Of a stretch of 64,000 bases of DNA, positions 1 through 9,166 are shown in pieces. Both the position numbers and the translations under genes were made by a program. The notes beneath the pieces are model-generated. The model saw nothing but the letters and a program-made list of their open reading frames with translations, did not search any database and was not told where the DNA came from. The stretch covers positions 7,887 to 71,886 of the forward strand of contig JAUYOL010000011.1 of NCBI GenBank assembly GCA_030695905.1. Reading direction: 5' to 3'. The stretch's first letter is position 1; each line of letters starts with the position of its first letter. The stretch is from Candidatus Omnitrophota bacterium (GTDB lineage Bacteria; Omnitrophota; Gorgyraeia; 2-01-FULL-45-10).

Positions 1-3000
1 TATTATTCTCATCGACATCTTCCAATTCCAATGTTCTCAATATTTTTTCATAAGAGATAGACGCGTCATATCCATATTTACGTAGGAAATCCGGAAATAG
101 GTCTTCTCTATGGTAGTATTTTGCGAACTCGGCGGCAAATTGAAGCCCCCTGAGTTTGTCAAATTCCGTAATCTCGCCCTTTTTCATTTTTGTAAAATAA
201 AGATTTAATTCATATAATGCCATCATACAGAGCGTTGCTTTGGAAGAATCTACATAACCCGCATTTAGTGAAACAATATATACAGCCTTGCCATCCATCG
301 TTTTCGCATCCGAAACGAGACAAGCATCCTGACTATCATTATAAGAAATGCTAAAGCCAATCGGCCTTATTAACTCTTTAACATCCTTTAAATAATCGTT
401 GAACCCAAAGAAATAGGAAACAAGCGATACCGCTTCCCGCGCTTTTTCTGTCCTTATATTTGCCGCATTAATATTCTTTATGACAAAGTCAAAGCTATCG
501 TTATCTTGTAAAGGCACCACATTCTCAGGCAGCACAAACCCGTCTTTGTAGTCTAAGCCATCGATTATCCTCGAATTGGGGAATCTGTACTTAGTGTCTG
601 TTTCTTCTCTTTTAGATGATTTGACTTGCGATGAAACTCTTCTTTCAATATTATCCCAGGGCTCTTCTCTTGTTATACCTTCTATCATGATCGTTAAAGC
701 TTGAATGTTATGTTTGAGTATCGATGCGGTGGTTGTTCCGATAAACTGACTGTGCGGATAACGCAAACGAATTGGACCTGAATAGCACCGCGTGCTATCG
801 CACGACAAGATAGCGATTATTTTAGTTCCAAATTGCAAAATGTTTCCTTGCGGAGCCTTTTCGAGAGCGAGGGCAAGCGATGCTCCCATGCCGGAATGCC
901 CTGAATAAACTATCATATGAATTTGTGGATCACCAATATAGCTAAATACCTCTCCTTTATAATTTTTCGGGTCCCCCGTGGGATCACAATACACGGTGAC
1001 CTTTTTACCATTGAGCTCCCTTCTATATATAACCAACCGCGCTTTTTCCTCCCTTGAATAACCTGCCGCCACGAACATACTATTAAAATAATCCGGCGAA
1101 GTCGGGGCATAGAGCCTTATATTGAGCTCCTGACCCGGGTTCTGCTTTTTATCAAATATCTCTTCGTAGGGTGGGGCGGATTGAGGCGTAAAAATTGATT
1201 CGACACTTTTTACCAAGCCAGGGTTTTTGCCATTTAAAAAGGTATGATCATTTTTATTAATTGTGCTTAACGTAACGGCAAGGCACTGAAGATACATATT
1301 TCTCCTCGAAGGAACTTCTTTGCTCATAATAGAAGTATATATTACGTCACAGATTTCAGCTTTTTTATCAAGATCTACCGCTTTGCTTGAAATAGCAAAC
1401 ATCATTAAATTAAAATCTCTATAATCTATAACTTTTTTCTGTTTAATATCCGCGATTTTTTTGCCAACTATTTCTTGGAATAATAATTTTTTTCCAGCTA
1501 CATTTTTTGCCAGTTCTATTCTTACATGTTCATCATGAATTAATTCGAGTATTCTTTCAAAAAACTTTCCGGATGCCAACTGTGGGTTATTTTGAAATAT
1601 TTGGATTAAGGCTACCGCCGCTTCACAACAAGCCTTTCCATCTTTATCATATATTCCCTGGTTCTCTTGCGTTAAAAGCGATATTGCCTCTTGGGGCCTC
1701 ATATATTTATTCTCTACCCATTTACCAATTAACCCAATAACATAACCCCGGATATAGGAAGAAGGACTTTTAAATCCAACGCCTTCCTTTTGCGTTAGAA
1801 GCTCTATTGCTTTTTCCGGGTTGATTTCTGGCAAAATTTTGGTGGCCTGTTCAACTACATATTCATCTTTATCATATATTCCCTGGCCCTTTTGCGTTAA
1901 AAGCGATATTGCCTTTTCCTGAGTCATATGTTTATTTTCCACCCATTCAACAATTAACCTAATAACCTTGTTTCGAATAACAACAGAAGGGTCTTTCAAG
2001 CCGATATCTTTATATTGCGTTAGAAGCTCTTTTGCTTTTTCAAAATCTATTTCTATCAAAATTTCGATGGTATGTTCGCGAATAAATTCATTTTCATCAA
2101 TCAGGAGTTCCTTTGCTTTTTCCAGGTCGATTCCTAACAAAACTTTGATGGCCAAGCCAGTGACCCTACTAGCACTATCATTTATCCCCTGGTTCTCTTG
2201 TATTAAAAGCGATACTGCCTCTTCCGGCTTCATATATTTTCTCTGTACATATTCACCAATTGAGCTAATAACGCGGATCCTTACTTCATAATCCGGGTCT
2301 TTTATTTTTTCTTTAATCGCATCCAAATTGAATGATGGAGCTATGGCTATCTGGGCAGGCATTGAAGTCGGTGAAACAGCGTACGCCGGCGCAAAGATAT
2401 TAGCGGCCACTCCTATCAAAAAGCACGCAATGCTTATAATAAACAATCTTCTGAAGCCATCCGCGATATTCCTCCAAATCGATACCCAGCTTACACTACC
2501 GCCTGAGATTGCAGCACTGGCCTGCACTGCGGCTGGCGCTTGCGTCGTAGTTTGCGGCCGTATAACCTTCTCCCCTCCGGGTGGGTAAGACGGTACAAAT
2601 ACCTTCCGGTCACCTATGTTAACCGGTTCTCCATTAACGATAAGCGGTTCTGAGTTCTCAAATTGCGATAAGGAAAATATAACGCTAGTTCCGTTCGTGA
2701 ATGAACCGCCATTGATAAGCCCTGTCACCACTTTAATGGCTTCATCAAAAGCATCATTATGGCCTAACACGTTTAGGTATGACGCTATCTGCAATGACGA
2801 CTGTCTTTCACTAATCGTCTTTGTGATAGGATCAACTCCGCCCGAAAGTAGCCTGAAGTATGGACAGTCACCTTCTGATTTTTCCATTTTTGGTAAAATC
2901 TCTATATATGAATAACCTTTTTTCTTGAATATCTCTTTTAAATTATCTTTGTGAAAACCACCGGTAACGAGAATAACCGCGTCGGATCGACCTATCTTCA

Positions 3001-4348
3001 TCTTATGGGTTATATTTTTAATGAACGCGCTATCTCTCTTCAGGGAAAGAGAGTAGAACTTCTCCATATTTTCCCTGTACTTATCAAGGCGCGCCAAGCC
3101 TTCATCTACCTTAAAATCGAATCCGTATAGCGGGCATTTAGCGGATAGAAAAGATATAAAGTTCCGTGCGGCAAAATCATCCTTATGCCCGAGGTAATAG
3201 TCCCAGTCTTCTTTGACAAGGCTTACCGACAAGATATTCTTTGTGATATCAAGCCGCCTGGACAATATATGCAAAGCCTTCTCGTCATCATTAACGAAAC
3301 TGGATTCAAATATCTTTTCTTCAATGGACTTAAGCTGGCGCGAAAATTCCCTCTTATTGATGGACTCAAAGCGGCTTACGTACTCTGAATATCTCATTAA
3401 ATTCGGGGACTCGCTGATATCGAAACCGCAAAGTTTCGCCTTTGCGAATAAATATGAATAAAATTCCTCTTGAGGTATTTCGCCTGCGTGAAACGCAACT
3501 GTTTTTGCCACCATTTCTTCAAGATATTTTTTAGAGAGCCTCTTATTAAGTTTATCTATCAGAACATTGCGCTCTCTTTCAGCTACTTTGAAATCTATAC
3601 TATTTTCATCCTCTATTATTTTGGCAAGTTCAAGGACATCCTTAAATGAAGATATGTCAACATTGCGCATTTTCGCGGTGCTCACGAGGCTGGGCATATA
3701 CTCTTTAACATCGAGCTTGCCTTCGCTATACTGTGAAGCCTTTTCATCCAGGGCCATAAGCTCTTTTGAGTAGATCCTGGATTTAAGATTTGTGATGGCG
3801 TGGTTTAATAGATTAACGCATTTGTCCGCGTCTTCTTTGAAGCCCAGAGAATCCCGGTAGGTTTTTAAATTCTCGATATAATATGCCGGGTCCTCTATGC
3901 CGTACAGGGTTACCGCCTGCGGATTATTTATGGCATAGAACTCCGAGCCATTAACTTCGCCTTCTTTCACAAAATAATCCGCGACATCCTGCCTGATCTT
4001 AGCGTCGGCTATGTTAGTAAAAGGCGTAAGGTCGTAATCACCAGCACCGCCTTCAAGCGCTATTAAGTCTACGCCATATTTATCGCGCATATACGATATG
4101 ATCGAGGCAATGGACTGCTGGGCAGAATAGTTGCAGTGGGCGTCCTGGATGTGTATGATGGTCTTGTCGAGTGTGCCTTTGAAGGTGTAGGCAATTTCGC
4201 CTAAGTTTATAGGGACCTTAATGTCCCCTATATTCATCTTATTATGAGCTAATAGGGATTCAGAAGACAAAGGCCTGCCTATGCCTTGAGCTTCACCTAA
4301 CGGCCCTATTGATTGCAGGATAAAGGTGAAGCATACGGCCAAAGCCAT
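1..4348 (-). CDS. Large exported multidomain protein, 3' end beyond the window (>=1449 aa inside window). Possible Tiki/TraB/GumN-like N-domain, one central TM helix, PBS-lyase HEAT-like tandem repeats, and a caspase-like His/Cys region (SGHSG...LSCDS)
   Basis: I translated the reverse complement by hand. The frame is continuous from ATG at 4348-4346 (alternative in-frame ATG at 4393 gives the classic signal peptide MYMVIPLRRHIICKIMALAVCF...) to position 1 with no stop. It is absent from the ORF track only because no stop lies inside the window. Protein-like composition. A GxxH...E...GxxH pattern (TIIHIQDAH / ALEGG / TGGFHKDNL) is reminiscent of the Tiki/TraB/GumN superfamily. Repeats such as DPDYEVRIRVISSIGEY / DPSVVIRNKVIRLIVEW / SPSSYIRGYVIGLIGKW are PBS-lyase HEAT-like. 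MIVYSGHSGMGAS...IAILSCDS resembles a caspase/CHAT His-Cys dyad. Confidence 0.7.
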   Translation of the reverse strand, partial: MALAVCFTFILQSIGPLGEAQGIGRPLSSESLLAHNKMNIGDIKVPINLGEIAYTFKGTLDKTIIHIQDAHCNYSAQQSIASIISYMRDKYGVDLIALEGGAGDYDLTPFTNIADAKIRQDVADYFVKEGEVNGSEFYAINNPQAVTLYGIEDPAYYIENLKTYRDSLGFKEDADKCVNLLNHAITNLKSRIYSKELMALDEKASQYSEGKLDVKEYMPSLVSTAKMRNVDISSFKDVLELAKIIEDENSIDFKVAERERNVLIDKLNKRLSKKYLEEMVAKTVAFHAGEIPQEEFYSYLFAKAKLCGFDISESPNLMRYSEYVSRFESINKREFSRQLKSIEEKIFESSFVNDDEKALHILSRRLDITKNILSVSLVKEDWDYYLGHKDDFAARNFISFLSAKCPLYGFDFKVDEGLARLDKYRENMEKFYSLSLKRDSAFIKNITHKMKIGRSDAVILVTGGFHKDNLKEIFKKKGYSYIEILPKMEKSEGDCPYFRLLSGGVDPITKTISERQSSLQIASYLNVLGHNDAFDEAIKVVTGLINGGSFTNGTSVIFSLSQFENSEPLIVNGEPVNIGDRKVFVPSYPPGGEKVIRPQTTTQAPAAVQASAAISGGSVSWVSIWRNIADGFRRLFIISIACFLIGVAANIFAPAYAVSPTSMPAQIAIAPSFNLDAIKEKIKDPDYEVRIRVISSIGEYVQRKYMKPEEAVSLLIQENQGINDSASRVTGLAIKVLLGIDLEKAKELLIDENEFIREHTIEILIEIDFEKAKELLTQYKDIGLKDPSVVIRNKVIRLIVEWVENKHMTQEKAISLLTQKGQGIYDKDEYVVEQATKILPEINPEKAIELLTQKEGVGFKSPSSYIRGYVIGLIGKWVENKYMRPQEAISLLTQENQGIYDKDGKACCEAAVALIQIFQNNPQLASGKFFERILELIHDEHVRIELAKNVAGKKLLFQEIVGKKIADIKQKKVIDYRDFNLMMFAISSKAVDLDKKAEICDVIYTSIMSKEVPSRRNMYLQCLAVTLSTINKNDHTFLNGKNPGLVKSVESIFTPQSAPPYEEIFDKKQNPGQELNIRLYAPTSPDYFNSMFVAAGYSREEKARLVIYRRELNGKKVTVYCDPTGDPKNYKGEVFSYIGDPQIHMIVYSGHSGMGASLALALEKAPQGNILQFGTKIIAILSCDSTRCYSGPIRLRYPHSQFIGTTTASILKHNIQALTIMIEGITREEPWDNIERRVSSQVKSSKREETDTKYRFPNSRIIDGLDYKDGFVLPENVVPLQDNDSFDFVIKNINAANIRTEKAREAVSLVSYFFGFNDYLKDVKELIRPIGFSISYNDSQDACLVSDAKTMDGKAVYIVSLNAGYVDSSKATLCMMALYELNLYFTKMKKGEITEFDKLRGLQFAAEFAKYYHREDLFPDFLRKYGYDASISYEKILRTLELEDVDENN
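1480..2300. repeat. About three tandem DNA repeats of roughly 230 bp (e.g. 1643-1742, 1866-1972, 2167-2275) encoding the HEAT-like protein repeats of the large gene
   Basis: Near-identical stretches such as tcatatattccctgg...gcgttaaaagcgatattgcc...ccaattaacccaataac recur three times. Plus-strand shadow ORFs 1507-1740 and 1968-2291 show the same periodicity. Confidence 0.7.
2573..2594. repeat. Degenerate in-frame copy of the palindromic element seen at 50751-50785 and 60629-60659 (ccctccgggtgggtaagacggt), encoding ..YPPGGEKVIRP.. in the large gene
   Basis: 18 of 18 nt (ccgggtgggtaagacggt) are identical to the right arm of the 50751-50785 palindrome. The left arm is decayed. Confidence 0.5.
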
Positions 4349-4449
4349 TATTTTGCAAATTATATGTCGCCTTAATGGTATTACCATATACATATGAGTT
4401 TACACGATAATAATATCAATTCAAGTCGGATTCTCTTACTTTTTTATGC

Positions 4450-4510
4450 CTTAACAAAATGCCCTGCACCAGTCGGCTAACCGTTAAACGATAGCCTCCG
4501 GTACAGGGCA
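4450..4510 (-). terminator. Stem-loop plus U-tract downstream of tRNA-Ala
   Basis: Inverted repeat gccctgcacc (4461-4470) / ggtacagggc (4500-4509), followed on the minus strand by a T-run (plus-strand aacaaaat 4453-4460). There is also an 11-bp inverted repeat catgtaccact (4509-4519) / agtggtacatg (4573-4583) that pairs the tRNA CCA end and trailer with downstream sequence. Confidence 0.4.
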
Positions 4511-4581
4511 TGTACCACTACACATTATGGCCGTGCCATGTACCCGAGCGATGGCTATCTCTAGTTTTCGCGAGTGGTACA

Positions 4582-4655
4582 TGGTGGAGCCTACGGGAGT
4601 CGAACCCGTGACTCAGCGTTGCGAACGCTGCGTAATTCCACTTTACTAAGGCCCC
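4582..4655 (-). tRNA. tRNA-Ala (anticodon CGC)
   Basis: The 74-nt sequence GGGGCCTTAGTAAAGTGGAATTACGCAGCGTTCGCAACGCTGAGTCACGGGTTCGACTCCCGTAGGCTCCACCA folds as a cloverleaf. It has the G3:U70 alanine identity pair, anticodon loop TTCGCAA, T-loop TTCGACT and an encoded CCA. Confidence 0.88.
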
Positions 4656-4667
4656 ATTTTGGGAATA

Positions 4668-4988
4668 CTATACAACAGTCCGGCTTATCCAGTCAAGGTA
4701 ATCCTTGCTGCCGGCAATGATCGGTATCGCTATGATTTCAGGCACCTCATAACTATGCATTTTTTTTACTTCAGTTTCTATTTTTTTAAAATTTGACCGC
4801 CTGGTCTTCATCACGATAAGAACCTCTTTTGCGCTGTCAATCTTGGCCTTCCACCAGAATTTAGATTCTATGCCGGAGACGATATTAGCGCATGCGACGA
4901 GCTTCTTTGCTAATAAACGGTTCACGATCTTACGCGCTTCCTGACGCGACGCGCAGCTTACCGTTATTGAGATAAAACTATTATTCAT
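4668..4988 (-). CDS. cutA: Divalent-cation tolerance protein CutA
   Basis: 106 aa with CutA1 family motifs (CASRQEARKIV..LLAKKLVACANI..., HSYEVPEIIAIPI). Confidence 0.85.
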   Translation of the reverse strand: MNNSFISITVSCASRQEARKIVNRLLAKKLVACANIVSGIESKFWWKAKIDSAKEVLIVMKTRRSNFKKIETEVKKMHSYEVPEIIAIPIIAGSKDYLDWISRTVV

Positions 4989-5049
4989 ATTTTGTAATTT
5001 TATGTTTTGGAATGGGGAATCTGCGGGATTCGATATAAAAAACGTAATA

Positions 5050-5322
5050 TTACGTAAGAGTACCGATCATAGTGCCGACAGCATCCTGGACCAGCGCCCA
5101 GTCCTGCTGATTATGTATGGCGAATTTCTGCTTTCTTTTCCATCCGCCCTCCGGCCTCTTCTGCCACAGGTAGAAACATACCTGTTTTCTTCCGTAGCTT
5201 TCAAGCAGGACTACCGCCGACCACCAGCCGAAACGCTTATTTATCGTCTTATGATCAAGTACCTTTAATGGCGCGACTATCGGTACTTGCTCTTCTTCGC
5301 GTATATTTTTTGGCTCGGGCAT
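5050..5322 (-). CDS. Hypothetical Trp-rich small protein
   Basis: 90-aa ORF co-oriented with its neighbours and with a GGGGG Shine-Dalgarno about 8 nt upstream. No recognisable family. Confidence 0.45.
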   Translation of the reverse strand: MPEPKNIREEEQVPIVAPLKVLDHKTINKRFGWWSAVVLLESYGRKQVCFYLWQKRPEGGWKRKQKFAIHNQQDWALVQDAVGTMIGTLT

Positions 5323-5338
5323 ACCCCTATCCCCCTTT

Positions 5339-5539
5339 CTATCTTCTTAAGGATACCTGATAATCAGAACCTGTCTTCTCTACTACAACATGTCCCTCTC
5401 TGGCGAGCCAGCCTATGCTCATAAGGACTCTGTCTCTTTCGGTGCTGATGCCATTTATTATCTCTTTTAGGGAACTTTTTCCGTGCGTATCAAGGTAGTG
5501 CCATATATCACCTGCCGTAATCCCTATTTCCGTAATCAT
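5339..5539 (-). CDS. Small winged-helix-like protein
   Basis: 66 aa with a wHTH-like pattern (ISTERDRVLMSIGWLAREGHVV). Confidence 0.5.
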   Translation of the reverse strand: MITEIGITAGDIWHYLDTHGKSSLKEIINGISTERDRVLMSIGWLAREGHVVVEKTGSDYQVSLRR

Positions 5540-5554
5540 TTTTGCACCTCCTAA

Positions 5555-5797
5555 TTAGATGGCTTGCTCCCTCTTGTTATAACTGCCGCAAAGAGGGCAG
5601 ATAGAGATATCATCATGTAAGCTGTCTATATACGTATGAAAGCATATGGAACACTTCCAGGCGTTCTCGACATGCTTTTGGTCTGGGGTGACACTCCTAA
5701 GTTTTTTATATCCCAGTATTGCCCATACGGCAAGTATCGCAACTACAGAAAACAGGATATAAATGAATATAAGCGTTCCAATATCTATTCTTATCAT
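5555..5797 (-). CDS. Membrane-anchored zinc-ribbon protein
   Basis: N-terminal TM helix followed by CSICF...CPLCG (CxxC...CxxC). Confidence 0.5.
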   Translation of the reverse strand: MIRIDIGTLIFIYILFSVVAILAVWAILGYKKLRSVTPDQKHVENAWKCSICFHTYIDSLHDDISICPLCGSYNKREQAI

Positions 5798-5833
5798 AAT
5801 ATTACCATATAATATGGGAAATACAAATATTTT

Positions 5834-6235
5834 TTACGGCTCTATTTTATCGCTATCTACCCTGGCAGCGGTCAATGTAATAAATTCTTTATCGCTCTCA
5901 AAAAGCTCCGCGTCAAAGCCCGAAAGGACATATTCGTCGCCCGCGGCACGCTCCCCTACTATGGCTGACCGGGCATCAATAGACATAAGAAATTTTTGCT
6001 CAAGCGCTGTCCGTTCTTGCGTTGATGGGCTCACGTTTAACACACTTCTTTCCAATATCGGCCCCAAAAATGACACATTGGAAAATTTCACGCTTTTATT
6101 AACTTTTGGCACAACGACAACGGTAAACGCCGAAAGCCAAAATAGATGCCACGCCGCGGAAAGTAATATCGCGAGCACAAGAACTTTGCCTTTAAGCAAA
6201 TTTATCCCAAATTTTATTCTTGCCCCTTGCCCCAT
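5834..6235 (-). CDS. Hypothetical membrane-anchored protein immediately downstream of tolQ/tolR-like genes
   Basis: 133-aa ORF with an N-terminal TM. Its start codon lies inside a heptamer repeat. It is not TonB-like (no Pro-rich spacer). Confidence 0.5.
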   Translation of the reverse strand: MGQGARIKFGINLLKGKVLVLAILLSAAWHLFWLSAFTVVVVPKVNKSVKFSNVSFLGPILERSVLNVSPSTQERTALEQKFLMSIDARSAIVGERAAGDEYVLSGFDAELFESDKEFITLTAARVDSDKIEP

Positions 6236-6248
6236 GCCCCTTGCCCCT
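6221..6248. repeat. Four tandem heptamers TGCCCC(T/A), reading (A)GGGGCA x4 on the coding strand, spanning the SD and ATG of gene 5834-6235
   Basis: tgcccct tgcccca tgcccct tgcccct at 6221-6248. The ATG at 6235-6233 sits on the single A-variant unit. Confidence 0.85.
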
Positions 6249-6251
6249 GTT

Positions 6252-6644
6252 CTATTGGTTTGTCGCTATATTTATTTGAGACACGCCTTCTCTGCGGCAT
6301 GCGTCCCATATGCTCACTACGCGGCCCAGTGGCGCGCGCGAATCAGCTTTTATGAGCAGCCCCACTTTTTCCTTTGTAAGGATCTTAAGGCGCGAAACAA
6401 GCTCATCTTCGGAAATTTCCCTGTCTTCGAGATACATCTTGTCGTCTTTTGTTATGGTAACCACGACATTATCCTGCTGCACTACCTCACTTGTTACCGC
6501 TTTTGGAAGGCTCACACTTATTCCCGGCTGGAATATAAAACTTGATGTGAATAGAAAAAACACAAAAAGAAGAAAAAATATATTCACCATAGGAGTAAGA
6601 TCAAGCATGCCTTTTTCCAGCTTCACGCGGCGCTTAAACTTCAT
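6252..6644 (-). CDS. Biopolymer transport protein ExbD/TolR
   Basis: 130 aa with an N-terminal TM and an ExbD/TolR-like periplasmic domain. Confidence 0.8.
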   Translation of the reverse strand: MKFKRRVKLEKGMLDLTPMVNIFFLLFVFFLFTSSFIFQPGISVSLPKAVTSEVVQQDNVVVTITKDDKMYLEDREISEDELVSRLKILTKEKVGLLIKADSRAPLGRVVSIWDACRREGVSQINIATNQ

Positions 6645-7266
6645 ACGTATCCCTTCGCGAAGATAGCAGATTTACCAGATCCGTAGCGCTCCTCTCCATA
6701 TCGTACACAAGGTTATCGGCCTGATTAACGAGATAGTTGTAAGCCACATAAGTCGGTATGGCTACCGCCAGCCCGGCCAACGTCGCGAGGAGCGCTTCCC
6801 ATATACCGCCGGAAAGATCACCTGGATTCACAGGCGTCATCGTAAGCGCCTTGAACTGAATGGCCTGAAATGCCTTTATCATGCCGCTCACGGTTCCCAA
6901 TAATCCTAAAAGCGGAGTGATGTGGGCTATTGTAGCTATTATCGGAAGGTGTTTTTCAAGACGCGGTATTTCAAGCTGCGCCGCTTCATCTATAGCCTCT
7001 TTTATCTCCGGCTTCGACCGGTCATGTTTTAATATGCCTGCCTTTATTATATGCGCTATGGGCCCCGGCGTCTGATTGCACATTTCTATGGCTTCAATAA
7101 TCTTATTGCGCTTAAGGTGCTTCAGTATCTCATCCATAAATTTCTGGGCATCCACCCTTGCCCTGTTGAAACTATATATCCTTTCGATTATTACCCCGAA
7201 AGCTATTATGGATAAGATTATTATCAGATACATCACCGGGCCGCCTTTTTGTATCATATCCCACAT
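6634..7266 (-). CDS. MotA/TolQ/ExbB proton-channel protein
   Basis: 210 aa with 3 TM helices and the TolQ/ExbB signature region (PLLGLLGTVSGMIKAF). Confidence 0.8.
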   Translation of the reverse strand: MWDMIQKGGPVMYLIIILSIIAFGVIIERIYSFNRARVDAQKFMDEILKHLKRNKIIEAIEMCNQTPGPIAHIIKAGILKHDRSKPEIKEAIDEAAQLEIPRLEKHLPIIATIAHITPLLGLLGTVSGMIKAFQAIQFKALTMTPVNPGDLSGGIWEALLATLAGLAVAIPTYVAYNYLVNQADNLVYDMERSATDLVNLLSSRRDTYEV

Positions 7267-7285
7267 ATTTCCTCCTGTAATATTT

Positions 7286-9166
7286 TTACTGTTTCAGTTC
7301 TTTTAGTTTCTTATACATTCTTGCCGCATCGTCCGGCATCTTCCATTTCTCGAAATTCTCTGCGGCATTCAGCAATATCGACGCGCCCTGGTCCAGCGCG
7401 TCAGGACTTAACTCAGAGCCCGGATATTTTTTGGAAAAAACGCTGAAAGAATCCACTGCTTCCATATCTTTATTCATTCTATAATAACACCAGCCGATCT
7501 GATACTGGGACTTTAGTGAAATATCGCCGTTGGCGGCACCCCTGGACAGCGTCTTAAAAATTTCAAGCGCTTCGTCATATTTACCGGTATTGTATAGAAT
7601 ATTTGCCATATAAAATTTATAAGCCGTGTCGTCTTTCCATTTAGGCGATAATTTTACCACCCTGTCAAATTCGGCCATGGCCTGCGCGAAAAGTCCATTT
7701 TTTAAATAAGCGACTCCCAATTTTAGCATAGCTTTATCTTTCAGCGCCGTCTGGGGAAAATTCACCAATAAGCTCTGATAGGCCAATATAGCGAGGTCGT
7801 ATTTTTTTGTGGTTAAAAATATATCGCCGAGACGATATTGGGCATAGTCCGCATATGGGCTGTCGGGATACTCCCTCAAAGAATCATCGAAGGAGTTTGC
7901 CGCATTGTCATAGTCGCCGCCATCGAGGTATATATCGCCTATTTTGCATAAAGCGCTTGAGGTAAATACGGCGCTCTCGAGATTTTTGACCGCTATCTTA
8001 AATTCTGCGAGCGCGTCTTTGGCCTTATTCTCTTTAAGATATATCCAGCCTAACTGGTAATGAAGTTTCCCTGTGTCCGCCGCAGATAAAAATTTATCTA
8101 TGCTTGCTAAGCAAACATCTTCGGCCTGGGCCAACTTACTATTTTCGCATAATATCCTGGCCTTAACATAGCGGCTTTCCGCCGCTACAGCCGTCCTGGG
8201 AAATTTAATATTTATACTATCGCATAATTTCAATGCCTCTTCCGCCATCGACTTCTTTTCGTAGCAGTACGCAAGCCACAACAATGAGTTGCTTGCTATC
8301 AAGGAGCTTGATGATCGGTTCGCGCATATCCCAAATCTTTTAATGCTTTCATCGAAATCTCCAAGACTAAAATAGGCCTGGGCAGTCCTGAATAACGCGA
8401 GATCTGCCCATTTCGCATTGGGTGAAATAGAGATGGCGCGTTTTAAGAATACCAAAGAATCGGCATATTTTTTCTGCTTTAAACTTATATCACCGAGCAG
8501 ATAATAGCTGTCAGCCGTCTTCTCCGATAAAGGATATTTATCAATAAGACTGTTTAAATAGTTTTGGGCGTCTTCAAGCCTTCCCGAGAGGTATTCATTT
8601 TCCCCTATCTTGAATAGCGAGTCTACGGCCACTCTGTCCAGAGGATAAAGCGATACAACATCGCCGAATATGGATGTTGAGTCTTCTAAAAATCCTAATC
8701 TGTAATAAGACCACCCTTTGGAATACAAAGCATATGGCAAATATTTCGACATCGGATATTCATCCAATATCTTCTGATAATATTCAAGAGCCTTTTTATA
8801 ATCACCGCCTCTATAGTATATGTCGCCTATCCAGTACAAAGCGCCGTCTTGCAACGCGATGGCAGAAGGAGAATCCAGGACAATATTAAATTCATAAGAG
8901 GCTCTCCTGAAATTATTCTGATAATAAAAGCAACGCCCCAAAAGAAGCCGCACTTCATATACGCGCGGCGTTTCAGGATATTTATCAAGAAAATCTTCTA
9001 TGTTTTCCTGCGCAAGAGCGTAAAATCCGTCGCTAAACGCTTTCTTGGCGAATATAAATTCCGCCTCTTCCCCACCCTGGGCAAAGCAGAAAGATGAAAC
9101 TAATAAAAACAGCATTATTACCATTAAACCCCGAACGCCGGACACCGGACATCTAACCCCTATCAC
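7286..9166 (-). CDS. Secreted tetratricopeptide-repeat protein
   Basis: 626 aa with a signal-peptide-like N-terminus and many TPR-like 34-aa repeats (W/Y..G..Y..A...F). GTG start overlaps the uvrA stop. Confidence 0.8.
   Translation of the reverse strand: MIGVRCPVSGVRGLMVIMLFLLVSSFCFAQGGEEAEFIFAKKAFSDGFYALAQENIEDFLDKYPETPRVYEVRLLLGRCFYYQNNFRRASYEFNIVLDSPSAIALQDGALYWIGDIYYRGGDYKKALEYYQKILDEYPMSKYLPYALYSKGWSYYRLGFLEDSTSIFGDVVSLYPLDRVAVDSLFKIGENEYLSGRLEDAQNYLNSLIDKYPLSEKTADSYYLLGDISLKQKKYADSLVFLKRAISISPNAKWADLALFRTAQAYFSLGDFDESIKRFGICANRSSSSLIASNSLLWLAYCYEKKSMAEEALKLCDSINIKFPRTAVAAESRYVKARILCENSKLAQAEDVCLASIDKFLSAADTGKLHYQLGWIYLKENKAKDALAEFKIAVKNLESAVFTSSALCKIGDIYLDGGDYDNAANSFDDSLREYPDSPYADYAQYRLGDIFLTTKKYDLAILAYQSLLVNFPQTALKDKAMLKLGVAYLKNGLFAQAMAEFDRVVKLSPKWKDDTAYKFYMANILYNTGKYDEALEIFKTLSRGAANGDISLKSQYQIGWCYYRMNKDMEAVDSFSVFSKKYPGSELSPDALDQGASILLNAAENFEKWKMPDDAARMYKKLKELKQ

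Noticed and set aside
1-4400. The ORF track shows only short plus-strand ORFs here, which suggested a non-coding or degraded region.
   Set aside because: Manual translation of the minus strand gives one uninterrupted protein-like frame from 4348 to position 1. The track simply drops ORFs that have no stop inside the window. The short plus ORFs (e.g. 1507-1740, 1968-2291, 2328-2588) are antisense shadows whose internal repetition mirrors the HEAT-like repeats.
5834-6235. TonB or TolA identity for the gene downstream of the tolQ/tolR-like pair.
   Set aside because: There is no proline-rich spacer and no recognisable TonB C-terminal motif, so it is left as hypothetical.
5763-6545. 260-aa plus-strand ORF, plus many other long plus-strand ORFs (13242-13886, 17489-18016, 19007-19531, 25769-26362, 26107-26754, 37171-37758, 41892-42443, 46976-47530, 51854-52399, 53000-53536, 56667-57197).
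   Set aside because: All lie antisense to well-supported minus-strand genes with clear family motifs. They have low-complexity Ser/Pro/Leu/Ile-rich translations and no SD signals, so they are shadow ORFs.
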